53,544 nt of DNA. It comes from a virus (Duplodnaviria; Caudoviricetes). Position numbers and translations under genes: made by a program. A model generated the notes under the pieces. The model saw nothing but the letters and a program-made list of their open reading frames with translations. It was not told where the DNA came from and searched no databases. The stretch lies in IMG/VR virus record IMGVR_UViG_3300017767_000015, positions 1-53,544 of that record; one strand, given 5' to 3'. Below are positions 8,034-16,963 of this stretch, piece after piece (the stretch's first letter is position 1; each line of letters opens with the position of its first letter).

Positions 8034-9370
8034 TTAAAATGACAATGAAATATGATGAGATGGATATTTTCGATAGAGTCCTTGACTTTTGCGATAGAAA
8101 CTATATCATAGATATGGAAGATAAAGTTCCCGTATTCCTATGTAGTATTGGCGCACACTTGTTTAACACCGTCAATAAGTGTAGCATGTGTGACTTCGCA
8201 CCAAGAGAGGGTGAAGAAGGCTATCGCTTTGTAATCGCAGACTGTCCTCTAAGACATAGCGAATATCCAATATACACTCCATCATCAAGAATTGCAGATA
8301 CAAGAATACACATTATCATGCGTGGTGCTAAGGGTTCGGGAAAGAATGTATTGATTGATTTGTTCTGTGCTGAATACACAGGTCTTCTATGGAATACCGA
8401 AGGTTTCAATGGTATAGGTTTTCGCACAATGATTGGCTCAAACTCTATCACGGAGGCAGGTATGTTTGGTTCTGTGAATGACGAAGGGCAGATAATAGGT
8501 AGGCCACTCGCAAGAGAGTTATGCGGTGGCTTCCTATGTTTTGAAGAATTTTCATCGGTCTCCGATGCGAATAAGAAAGACCACAGTATAGATATGAAGA
8601 ATCAATTATTGACTTCCCTTGATAGTGGTCGTGTGAACAAAGGTATGAGAGACGGATGGGTAAAATACAATACTCGATATACGGTATGGGGAGGAACGCA
8701 ACATGGTCGTATGGATTTGGAGTCCGGTCTTGACCGAAGGTTCTTCATTATTGATATTCTAATGGATGCAGAAAAAGAGCGTCTATACAAAGAGGCACAG
8801 AACAAGCAAGCGTCTATGCCTCCCGAAGAGAGGGCATATTTAGCAAGTGAGATTATTGACATGCGAGCATGGTTCATAGACAGGCAGATGGATATTGTAA
8901 TGAATCCCCCGAAGGGAGTTAAGTTCTCGCAAGAGTTTCAAGATTGGGTAATGAAGGAATCGGTGCGTTCTTTTGAGAGTGACTTGTTCCGAAGACTTGC
9001 TATTGGTTATCACATGATGAAAGGTGAATGGGAAGGTGGAATCCTTGATGTGCAGATGGATAAAAGATTGGAGACATTGTTAGAACAATGTCTGCGAATG
9101 CGTCGTAATGTTATGGATGAAGATGTGCATTTGATTAAGACTACATTTTGGGATAAAGATGTTCCTCGTTCAACATTGATTAAAGATGTTGCTAAACTAA
9201 TCACTAACAATGATTATCAGTCTGCGAAGAGATGGATTGACGAAAATCTAAAGCAACAAATATGGTTTGGAGAGTTCACTCCTCGCAAAGAAGGAAGAGG
9301 TCGAAGGGGCGTAGTATGTAGGTTCGGTATGCCGGACTTGAAAAGCGACAATGTAAATTGGGGTGGTTAA
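8030..9370 (+). CDS. mcm: MCM-family AAA+ helicase lacking the usual N-terminal domain
   Basis: IHIIMRGAKGSGKN (Walker A), S.TEAGMFG, GGFLCFEEF (Walker B), L..LDSGRV...RDG, SGLDRRFF (Arg finger), probable C-terminal winged helix. Confidence 0.75.
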   Translation: MIKMTMKYDEMDIFDRVLDFCDRNYIIDMEDKVPVFLCSIGAHLFNTVNKCSMCDFAPREGEEGYRFVIADCPLRHSEYPIYTPSSRIADTRIHIIMRGAKGSGKNVLIDLFCAEYTGLLWNTEGFNGIGFRTMIGSNSITEAGMFGSVNDEGQIIGRPLARELCGGFLCFEEFSSVSDANKKDHSIDMKNQLLTSLDSGRVNKGMRDGWVKYNTRYTVWGGTQHGRMDLESGLDRRFFIIDILMDAEKERLYKEAQNKQASMPPEERAYLASEIIDMRAWFIDRQMDIVMNPPKGVKFSQEFQDWVMKESVRSFESDLFRRLAIGYHMMKGEWEGGILDVQMDKRLETLLEQCLRMRRNVMDEDVHLIKTTFWDKDVPRSTLIKDVAKLITNNDYQSAKRWIDENLKQQIWFGEFTPRKEGRGRRGVVCRFGMPDLKSDNVNWGG

Positions 9371-9372
9371 AC

Positions 9373-9654
9373 ATGGGAAAGAAACACAAAGTATGGAAAG
9401 ATGCAGCGTATAGATATTTGAAAGAATGCGAATTGGGGATTGCTAAGGCTACTGACTTGCCTTTCTTGGTTAAGAGTAGAAGAGGTAATGTTATGTCTAA
9501 ACTCGCACCAAGAACAAGGGGCATAACTGTCATATTGAGAGGCGACGATAGGTTTGAAGAAGTGATTATGCACGAAGGCACAGAATGGTCGGGTACTCGC
9601 AAGTGTTCCTATTGGAAGGTAAGAGATAGGAGGAAAGACGAAGATGCCGAGTAA
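9373..9654 (+). CDS. Basic winged-helix-like protein, paralog 1
   Basis: W.D.AY.YLK...P....IL.GDDRF...W.VRD; aligns by eye with 9644..9904. Confidence 0.6.
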   Translation: MGKKHKVWKDAAYRYLKECELGIAKATDLPFLVKSRRGNVMSKLAPRTRGITVILRGDDRFEEVIMHEGTEWSGTRKCSYWKVRDRRKDEDAE

Positions 9655-9904
9655 AAAGACACACTACCAAAGATGGAGAGAGAAGTGCGTTGATTATATT
9701 AAGCAACATGGTTCTTCTTATACTCGCACATTATGGTTATCGGCAGGGTGTCATAAGAGCAAGCCGGAAAATGTTATGAGTGCAACGCAGATATTGATGC
9801 GTGATGATAGATTCATAGGTGAATACGAAGAGAAAGGAAGTAAGCATGAGATTGGTAAATGGCAAGCCAAGCAGAAGATGTGGAGGTTGAGAGATGTAGA
9901 GTAA
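9644..9904 (+). CDS. Basic winged-helix-like protein, paralog 2
   Basis: WRE.C..YIK...P.....ILMRDDRF...W.LRD. Confidence 0.6.
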   Translation: MPSKKTHYQRWREKCVDYIKQHGSSYTRTLWLSAGCHKSKPENVMSATQILMRDDRFIGEYEEKGSKHEIGKWQAKQKMWRLRDVE

Positions 9905-9908
9905 ATGG

Positions 9909-10514
9909 TTGGTTGAAGAGAGAATAAAATACGAAGAAGACCCTAAAGTAATACAGGCTTTGAAGTGGGTTCTTGAATCCCCCGAATGTCCTTTGTGTAA
10001 TCACTCACAAAAAAAGGAATTAGAAACGCAAATATTCATGGGTAATATGACTCCTGCTTATCTTGATACAACTAATGGTTGGGAAGATGGTACTACTGAA
10101 ACCCACATGCAAGGACACATGACATACGACCCGCAAGAAGCGAAAGAGGTTGAGGCTACTCGCAAAGAAGCGATTAGCACTTTGGAAATGGCAGAAAATG
10201 TCTTTAGCAGAATAGAGCGTTGGTTGGATGAATGGGAAGAACAGAAAGATGCAGAAGGAATAAACGCAGAATGGATTGCTAATGCTACTCGATTAGTAGG
10301 TCAAGCAAACACAAGTCTCAAACTCATAGGAACATTGAAGCAAGAGATAGGTGTTGATTCGCAGTTGTTGTTAGCACAACAACAAGTAAATGGTGTGATG
10401 GGAATCCTCGTTGATGTTCTTAGAGCCGAACCCACTTTGCTAAATCAAATAGAATTGCGAGTAGGTGCTTTGAAAGAACCTACATACATAGACACTACAT
10501 GGGAGGAAGTGTGA
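9909..10514 (+). CDS. Zn-finger/HTH plus coiled-coil protein (candidate terminase small subunit)
   Basis: CPLC.H ... HMQGH followed by long amphipathic helices; function is inference. Confidence 0.45.
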   Translation: MVEERIKYEEDPKVIQALKWVLESPECPLCNHSQKKELETQIFMGNMTPAYLDTTNGWEDGTTETHMQGHMTYDPQEAKEVEATRKEAISTLEMAENVFSRIERWLDEWEEQKDAEGINAEWIANATRLVGQANTSLKLIGTLKQEIGVDSQLLLAQQQVNGVMGILVDVLRAEPTLLNQIELRVGALKEPTYIDTTWEEV

Positions 10515-10687
10515 TGGGCATTTCCTATGGTGAAGATAAGGGAGGTATGGGTTATTCCATGCCTACTAATAATTTGCGAAGATGCTCTAATTGTGGTCGT
10601 GAAGCAAGAGTTAGATACGCTTCGTGTAGAACTTACACAGACGGCAAGCGTAAATACTGCGGATATATGAGAGTGGTGAGAGAATGA
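10499..10687 (+). CDS. Zn-ribbon microprotein
   Basis: CSNCG ... C ... CGY. Confidence 0.7.
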   Translation: MGGSVMGISYGEDKGGMGYSMPTNNLRRCSNCGREARVRYASCRTYTDGKRKYCGYMRVVRE

Positions 10688-10962
10688 CTGCCGGAGAACC
10701 TGTCAAGTGGAGACCGCATTTCAATCAATTGATTGCGAGGCCGATACCACAGACAGAATATCCCAAGATTGCTCGTAAGATGTATGAAGATGGTCTAATA
10801 GCCATCTTGACATTAGATGGTGTAAAGTGGTATGCAGGTCGTTATCCCGTTCAAAAGAAGGTTGTTGGGGATATGTGGAACTTATCTAAAAGTCAAATGC
10901 AAAGGTTTGAACGGTGGGTTTATATGAACGATTCGTTTATAGAGATAGTGGAGGAGGAGTAG
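10684..10962 (+). CDS. Hypothetical protein
   Basis: GGTGA SD; ATGA overlap. Confidence 0.7.
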   Translation: MTAGEPVKWRPHFNQLIARPIPQTEYPKIARKMYEDGLIAILTLDGVKWYAGRYPVQKKVVGDMWNLSKSQMQRFERWVYMNDSFIEIVEEE

Positions 10963-10965
10963 AGT

Positions 10966-11082
10966 ATGGATTGTAGTTCATGTGGAATGGAAATGGAAAA
11001 TGAAGAAACAAAGTGGCTTGCAGGGGAATGTTTATGCGAAGATTGTTATATCTTTGAGAAGGGGTATAATTATGCCCAATAA
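10966..11082 (+). CDS. 38-aa Zn-finger microprotein (not in ORF track)
   Basis: MDCSSCGMEMENEETKWLAGECLCEDCYIFEKGYNYAQ*; GGAGGAG SD. Confidence 0.65.
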   Translation: MDCSSCGMEMENEETKWLAGECLCEDCYIFEKGYNYAQ

Positions 11083-11341
11083 AGCATATAGAGAACCTGC
11101 TATTCGTGCAGCAGTCCAAAGTTGGGATTTGAGCGAATGGTTCACGGCAGACCAATTATTACCAAAGGTAATGCAAGAATTACCGCAGAAGACAATGTCT
11201 GTGAATGTATATGCAGTATCGCGTTGGCTTCGTATTATGGAAGCGAGAGGACAATTGATAGGAAGAAAAACAACGAGAGGAGTTTTAGAGTTCTCTCGCA
11301 TAGAGGGTGAAGATGATGGGAGTCGTCATTTTTACGCATGA
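11072..11341 (+). CDS. Winged-helix DNA-binding protein (start moved to ATG 11072)
   Basis: FTADQL...VSRWLRIMEARGQLIGRK..G..EF, a wHTH pattern. Confidence 0.6.
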   Translation: MPNKAYREPAIRAAVQSWDLSEWFTADQLLPKVMQELPQKTMSVNVYAVSRWLRIMEARGQLIGRKTTRGVLEFSRIEGEDDGSRHFYA

Positions 11342-11975
11342 TGCTTCGCCGTATAAACAGGGCGAGTATGTTGAGGGTGAAGGAATAATTTGTTCCCCTA
11401 CAACCAAAGATTTGACAGTCATAGCACACATGCCTCGCATGACAAAGGAGGAATGTATGTCGTGGCTTGATTATGTTGCGTATCGTTTAGTGATAGTATG
11501 CAACAATCCACCAAAGATTAAACATGACAATGTCATTTACGATAAGTCAATCAAGAATAGCAAGATTGATTATATGCCCGCTATACAAGCAGTTCTCAAA
11601 TGGGATAACAAGAATAGAGCATGGGCTTTAGCAAAGGATGTTCCCATTCCACTAATGTTATCCTTCTTGCGAGAGAATCACAAAGACATAGAACTATGGA
11701 GACTGCTTGCTAAGTCATTCAAGTGGTGTCCTAATTATTATCAAATGGCAGCAATAACATTTGGATGTAATGTTGTTGCGAGACCTTCGTATCCTGCGAA
11801 AAAACGCAAGGAGGAGGAGGATATACTGCCTTACGGATTTAGAGAAAGCGATATGTATAGAGATGAAATAATACTTGGAGATACTAAGGTATCTAATGAG
11901 ATTCGTTCAGTAGCAAAAGATACTCTTCCCAAGAAAGCAAAGAAACGCAAACAGAAGGAGATGGGTTGGATATGA
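11307..11975 (+). CDS. Degenerate RFC large-subunit-like clamp-loader component
   Basis: LVIVCNNP, P..MLSFLREN, LWR...AAITFG, SYP and a Lys-rich tail ending KQKEMGWI recall archaeal RFC-L collar and PIP tail; no Walker A. Confidence 0.5.
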   Translation: MKMMGVVIFTHDASPYKQGEYVEGEGIICSPTTKDLTVIAHMPRMTKEECMSWLDYVAYRLVIVCNNPPKIKHDNVIYDKSIKNSKIDYMPAIQAVLKWDNKNRAWALAKDVPIPLMLSFLRENHKDIELWRLLAKSFKWCPNYYQMAAITFGCNVVARPSYPAKKRKEEEDILPYGFRESDMYRDEIILGDTKVSNEIRSVAKDTLPKKAKKRKQKEMGWI

Positions 11976-12148
11976 TTGATGCTCTATGCTCTATTGTATT
12001 GTTGCTTTTAGCAACTCCTTTCAAGGAAGGTTTTGCTCAATACATGATTTTGTGGATTAATCCTAAATCGAATAAATTAGATGGTGAGAATGTGGGTGAT
12101 GGGGAAGGTGATGCTAACCTTGCGTTTTTAGGTTATCTATCGGAATGA
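11966..12148 (+). CDS. Small protein with hydrophobic N-terminus
   Basis: ALCSIVLLLLA segment; coupled ORF. Confidence 0.55.
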   Translation: MDMIDALCSIVLLLLATPFKEGFAQYMILWINPKSNKLDGENVGDGEGDANLAFLGYLSE

Positions 12149-12175
12149 ATAAATACTCTTGCGACTTAGAGATAG

Positions 12176-12592
12176 GTGATGGCGCGTAATAACTCTCGTA
12201 TAAGAAGGAGAGTAGCGGAAATACTCTTTGAGAAAGGGAGAATGACGCGTATCGAAATGGCCTCTATATTATTAGCAGAAGGCGAGTTCCGTTCTCTACC
12301 AAACGACTCAAGTTTAACTGCTATGCTATCTAAGAACTTGCAGATTAAACAAGACGGTTTTGAGATGGTTGATGTTGGGAATGGTATTAAGACTAAGAAT
12401 GTAGTCTATGCTATTAACGATGAAATTATACACAATAAAGAAGATTTGTTATACACAAGACCCTACTCAACAATGACAAACAAACAAAAACAACTCTCCT
12501 CAAGATGTGTTTCTTGTGGACAGATGCGATTGATAAAGGACAGATGGGCTGAATGTCTCGTATGTCAAAGACGGCAACCGACTGATTTATAA
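12176..12592 (+). CDS. Winged-helix protein with C-terminal Zn finger (putative transcription regulator)
   Basis: IL.EKG.MT..E...P.D..L..MLSKN; CVSC and CLVC; ATAAATA box upstream. Confidence 0.6.
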   Translation: MMARNNSRIRRRVAEILFEKGRMTRIEMASILLAEGEFRSLPNDSSLTAMLSKNLQIKQDGFEMVDVGNGIKTKNVVYAINDEIIHNKEDLLYTRPYSTMTNKQKQLSSRCVSCGQMRLIKDRWAECLVCQRRQPTDL

Positions 12593-12615
12593 CGACTTGT
12601 CCTTTATCGTCAAAC

Positions 12616-12885
12616 ATGGCCGACAGAAAACTCCATGCAAGAGTCTCAATGTCAAAGACCTACAAATGCGGGGCTGACATTTATGACTACGGCATGATTA
12701 CTGACAAGACCGCACTCGCTATGAAGCCCTGTGAGATATGTTTTCCCGAAGGACTTAGTTTCTTGAGTAAGACCAAGAAGGTTAAGACTATTAAGGAGAA
12801 GTCTATCGGCAATATGAGCGAGGCGCAGAAATCACGGAAGAGGACTGAATGTCTCAAAGAGAAAAATATGGAGGAATGGATATGA
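12616..12885 (+). CDS. Small Zn-binding basic protein with C-terminal MEEWI
   Basis: H...CG...CEIC; TTTATAA box about 29 nt upstream (leaderless). Confidence 0.7.
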   Translation: MADRKLHARVSMSKTYKCGADIYDYGMITDKTALAMKPCEICFPEGLSFLSKTKKVKTIKEKSIGNMSEAQKSRKRTECLKEKNMEEWI

Positions 12886-13070
12886 GCAAATTGTATAGGA
12901 AGAAACATGAGGAAGAACAAGATGGAGTAATGGAAATAGTGACTGATTTACTTGATAGGGTATATGCACTAAAGGCAACTATAATAACGGCCACATTACA
13001 CATAGAGAGAGGCTACGCAGGTAAAGCAAAAGAGTTATTGGAAGCAGGTCTAAGGAGTGAAGAAGAATGA
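12849..13070 (+). CDS. Small hypothetical protein (start probably MSKLY at 12882)
   Basis: GGAGG SD; ATGA overlaps. Confidence 0.6.
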   Translation: MSQREKYGGMDMSKLYRKKHEEEQDGVMEIVTDLLDRVYALKATIITATLHIERGYAGKAKELLEAGLRSEEE

Positions 13071-13678
13071 CTGAAACTATACTCATAGGTATAGCGGGCA
13101 ACATGAAGTCCGGTAAATCCACACTTGCTCTAACACTCGCAACGAGATACAACCTACCTATTCTATCCTATGCGGAGTCTTTGCGTATGGAAGTAGCACA
13201 GGCGTTCTTCCCGAAGATGCGAAAGAATGAAGCGCGCTTCATGTGGGATAACCTTGAAGATTTAGACAAATCCAAGACGAGACCTCTATTACAGGCATGG
13301 GGTCAAGCAAGAAGAGACATGGAAGATGTTGATTATTGGGTCTTGCGTCTTCGCAAGTATGCACAGGAAAAGGGAATGAAGTTCGCTATTGTTGATGATG
13401 TAAGACACATCAACGAGGCAGAAGATGTATTGTCAAATGGCGGTATGATTATTCGCATACATGCAGATACAAACACACTGATTGAGCGTGGTGCAGAAGA
13501 CTTGCATCTACAACATGCAAGCGAAAACATGGTAGCATTAGATGACCATTTAGCAAATCGCTCAAGGTGCATGGTAATTGACAGTAGCGGTAGAAGCCCA
13601 CACGGTATGTTCGTGCAGGTAAAGGATGTAGTCCAAGACTTTTTGATTAGCAGGGGGCATGTAAATGGGTTTGATTGA
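13067..13678 (+). CDS. Deoxynucleoside monophosphate kinase
   Basis: IGIAGNMKSGKST P-loop, SYAESLR, RPLLQAWG..RR....YW, IVDDVRHINE, HASE. Confidence 0.85.
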   Translation: MTETILIGIAGNMKSGKSTLALTLATRYNLPILSYAESLRMEVAQAFFPKMRKNEARFMWDNLEDLDKSKTRPLLQAWGQARRDMEDVDYWVLRLRKYAQEKGMKFAIVDDVRHINEAEDVLSNGGMIIRIHADTNTLIERGAEDLHLQHASENMVALDDHLANRSRCMVIDSSGRSPHGMFVQVKDVVQDFLISRGHVNGFD

Positions 13679-13856
13679 AAAGATTAGCAAGAAGACTATG
13701 AAGTGGGTCATAAAAAGGAAGGGTCTTGGACTATGCAGAATGTGTGATGATGCAATCGCAACCGAGATGAATGAGACATGCAAAGAGTGTTATGAAGAAC
13801 TATGGCTTGAGGAAATGGCTCAATACTACAAAGATGAAATGGAGGCAACACAATGA
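13665..13856 (+). CDS. Zn-finger microprotein
   Basis: CRMC ... CKEC. Confidence 0.7.
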   Translation: MGLIEKISKKTMKWVIKRKGLGLCRMCDDAIATEMNETCKECYEELWLEEMAQYYKDEMEATQ

Positions 13857-14743
13857 GTCTATGGTTTAGCAAACACAGACCCGACTCATGGGATAGGTTT
13901 GTAGGGCAACCTATCCTAAGAGAAGAATTGTCAAATTTAACAAAAGACAATATGCAACATTATTTGTTTCATTCCCCCGAAGCAGGAACGGGAAAGACAA
14001 CTGCGGCACATCTATTAGCAAAAGAGTTAGATTTCCAATTACACATCTTCAATGCTTCCTCAAAGAGACAAAGAGGCATTGAGTTTGTTGAAGAAGATTT
14101 GATTCCATTATCGCAAAGTGGAAGATGGGAGACCATCATACTGCTTGATGAAGCAGACCGCCTAACTATACAAGCGCAAGATGCCCTCAAAGGCGTTATT
14201 GAAAATGCGACTTGTTATTTCATACTCACATGCAACGACTTGGGTAAAGTAAGTCGTTGGCTTCAATCAAGGTGTCAAGTGAGAAATTTCTCACCTATAC
14301 GATTTGGCGATATGTATCATGCACTTAACATGATAGCAACAGAAGAATTGCTTGCTATTGAGTCGGAACATTTGAAGAGTATAGCAAAGAGACATGAAGG
14401 TGATTTGCGAAACGCAATATCCTGCCTACAATCCTATTCAGTTCACCCCAATAAAGAAAAATATATCTCTATTCTCGGTGATTCAAATTTCAATAGCAAG
14501 TCTTTTCTAAAGACTGCGTGTAAAGCAAAGGCGGTTGAATCCGCACATAAGATGATAGAGTCCATGCCTTTGAGACAGACAATCAAGACTGTTCTTGATT
14601 ATGCCGTCGAATCGGGCGTAAGCACAGAAGCAAAAATGAAAGTGATAGATGCTTCAATCACAAGTGAGAGAGATATACTCATGGGTGTTGATGAAGTGAT
14701 TGTATCATGGAATTATTGTAAATTGTTGGCATCGGTTGGTTAA
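13853..14743 (+). CDS. rfcS: Replication factor C small subunit (clamp loader)
   Basis: LWFSKHRP..W...VGQ, AGTGKTT, NAS..RGI, IILLDEADRLT..AQDALK, FILTCN, LQSRC, GDLRNAI..LQ. Confidence 0.92.
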   Translation: MSLWFSKHRPDSWDRFVGQPILREELSNLTKDNMQHYLFHSPEAGTGKTTAAHLLAKELDFQLHIFNASSKRQRGIEFVEEDLIPLSQSGRWETIILLDEADRLTIQAQDALKGVIENATCYFILTCNDLGKVSRWLQSRCQVRNFSPIRFGDMYHALNMIATEELLAIESEHLKSIAKRHEGDLRNAISCLQSYSVHPNKEKYISILGDSNFNSKSFLKTACKAKAVESAHKMIESMPLRQTIKTVLDYAVESGVSTEAKMKVIDASITSERDILMGVDEVIVSWNYCKLLASVG

Positions 14744-14794
14744 TAAGGACATGGGAGTTTAGGACAAAATACAAGCAAAGTGAGGCGAAGAAAT

Positions 14795-16015
14795 ATGATA
14801 GACGAAAATATGTATGAAAGAATAGCAAAAAACATCGGGTGTTCCGTAAATGAATTGAAGCAAAAACATAACTCTCTAATGGAGAGAGAAGGTGCTTCCC
14901 TTCTAAAAGCGGGTGTCACCGAGGAGGACATGCACACAAAGACATTAAGAATGGGTGCAGCAGAAATGAGAGCGACAAAAGCAAAACTATCCCGTAGTGG
15001 TTGTATTATGCTTGAAGGTATGTTCATTAGCAGTCCGAGATACAAAGATTGGGGCAAAGTATTCTACAACAAATACAAGAACTTGATGGGAACATTGAAC
15101 GAAGAAGCAAGAAAGGCACTTGTAGCACAGGGTCTAATCACCCTATACCTACATGATGATGCGGGGGGATATGAAATTATCCACAATCCGTCTTTGACAA
15201 ACAAACAACCTTTCGCAGAAGGTTTTGATTCTATGAATGGAAGTTCCTTGCCAAAACAAGCGACAGACATAGGGGATGGAACGGGTTTCTTCGTATGTAT
15301 TGAGAATAAGAGTTCTCCTACATACCCATCCGGCTCTCCTAACTACGCATACGGAAAGGCAAGGGCAACGCAAGACCTTGAAAGAACCTGCACATTTGTA
15401 GGTAGAAAGCAAGGTGAAGACGGCATTCAAGTTATTCCTTTCGCATTTAGAGGAGACTTGGCTAAGGTAAATTACCCTACCTTCATGCCTCTAAGAATAC
15501 CTGCGAATCTATCGAAGAATGGCAAAGCATACGCTAAGGCGGGTGTTTCGCACTATACTCTTGAAAGTGAAGTCGCAAACATATTCCCTTATGCACCTTT
15601 GGATTCCGAAGGTAAAGGTATTATCGCAGATAATATGAAGGTATTAGATGGTCTTGATTCTATTGAAGAGTATGTTAATACTCTTAACGATAAAGAAAAG
15701 TGGGATGCTCTTGCATGTATTGTCATGGAAGTCGCACACATTGACCCAAGAGAGAAAGGTGGCTACATCATGGCTCTTGCAGACTTAGACTTAACGAGTA
15801 TGTCTCCTCCGCTTGACCTATATGTGAACGCAGAAGAAGAAACCAAAGTGGACTTTGGTATAGGCTCTATCTTAGCGGTTGTAGGACAACCATACATAGG
15901 AAGAGAAGGCGACGGAAGACTTGCTATTACAGGATGGCATTGTATTGAATCTCTTGGTTCGCATCAAGCGACCCTCGATGAAGCGTATGGTGAAGAAGAC
16001 GACGATTGGGAGTGA
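14795..16015 (+). CDS. RPA-like OB-fold single-stranded DNA-binding protein
   Basis: Helical N-domain, C-terminal OB-like strands (YIMALAD, FGIGSILAVVG), acidic tail, position in the replication operon. Confidence 0.55.
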   Translation: MIDENMYERIAKNIGCSVNELKQKHNSLMEREGASLLKAGVTEEDMHTKTLRMGAAEMRATKAKLSRSGCIMLEGMFISSPRYKDWGKVFYNKYKNLMGTLNEEARKALVAQGLITLYLHDDAGGYEIIHNPSLTNKQPFAEGFDSMNGSSLPKQATDIGDGTGFFVCIENKSSPTYPSGSPNYAYGKARATQDLERTCTFVGRKQGEDGIQVIPFAFRGDLAKVNYPTFMPLRIPANLSKNGKAYAKAGVSHYTLESEVANIFPYAPLDSEGKGIIADNMKVLDGLDSIEEYVNTLNDKEKWDALACIVMEVAHIDPREKGGYIMALADLDLTSMSPPLDLYVNAEEETKVDFGIGSILAVVGQPYIGREGDGRLAITGWHCIESLGSHQATLDEAYGEEDDDWE

Positions 16016-16020
16016 TTTAG

Positions 16021-16959
16021 ATGACATGGGGGAGTAACGCAAAGAAAGAAGAAAAGGTCGAAGAGAATGTCTTTGGTATAGAGCATTATAGGGAAATGTT
16101 CGCAAGAAAGCGAACTACCAATTCCCCTATTAGAATGTCTTTGACGGGTAAAGAGAATACGGCTAAAACGGGTTCTGCGGTATCTATCGCAAGAGAGTTT
16201 TTAGGTAAAGATAAGACTATTATCATTCTCGATATTGACAATTCAGCAGTTCAAACAATCGCACACGACTATGCACACGACGAGAACATTAGAGTCATTC
16301 CAATATTTGATGAGACCGATGCTTCTATCTTCAAAGAAGATAATACTACTGATTGGGTTGCTCTTGTTGATAAGATGGGTTTCTTCATCAAGATTATAGG
16401 AGAGCAAGCGAAACAAGGCGAGATAGGCGCAGTTATCATTGACGGTTGTTCCACTTTCTTAAAGTGGTGCGAACAGGCTATGACCTATGTTCTAATGAAT
16501 CGCAGTAAAAATCCTATCAATGTCGAAGATGGTGATAGATTCAATCAAGCAGAATGGAGAGTTCGCAATCAATTGTTCCGTGATGTAATGAATCGCGCAC
16601 ATCAATTACCAGTTGATGCAGTATTCTTTACCTTCCACCTAAAAGATGTGAGGCAATTCGCAGATTTGGGCAACGGACAGAAGGGCTTGATGAAAGTCGG
16701 AGAAGTTCCGGATTGGGAGAAGGGAACTATGCGATTGTTTTCGCAGCAGATATTCCTCGCAAGATACACCAAGAAAGGTGATATCGCAGCAGGTGTTAAG
16801 GCTGACCCGAATATGAAAGAAGGTTCATGGGAGATACGAGCAAGTATTGAAGAGATGAAAGGCTTTAATCAAGAAGAACTCGGAACTACTCACACTATAT
16901 TAGAGGTCAAAGACCGTAAAGCGAAGTGGTCGGGCTACCCTTTCTTGTCGTGGGGGTGA
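16021..16959 (+). CDS. RecA-fold P-loop ATPase (Sak4/AAA_24/RadA-like recombination protein)
   Basis: LTGKENTAKTG (variant Walker A), IIILDID, AVIIDG, W..RN..F, FFTFH. Confidence 0.7.
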   Translation: MTWGSNAKKEEKVEENVFGIEHYREMFARKRTTNSPIRMSLTGKENTAKTGSAVSIAREFLGKDKTIIILDIDNSAVQTIAHDYAHDENIRVIPIFDETDASIFKEDNTTDWVALVDKMGFFIKIIGEQAKQGEIGAVIIDGCSTFLKWCEQAMTYVLMNRSKNPINVEDGDRFNQAEWRVRNQLFRDVMNRAHQLPVDAVFFTFHLKDVRQFADLGNGQKGLMKVGEVPDWEKGTMRLFSQQIFLARYTKKGDIAAGVKADPNMKEGSWEIRASIEEMKGFNQEELGTTHTILEVKDRKAKWSGYPFLSWG

Positions 16960-16963
16960 AACC

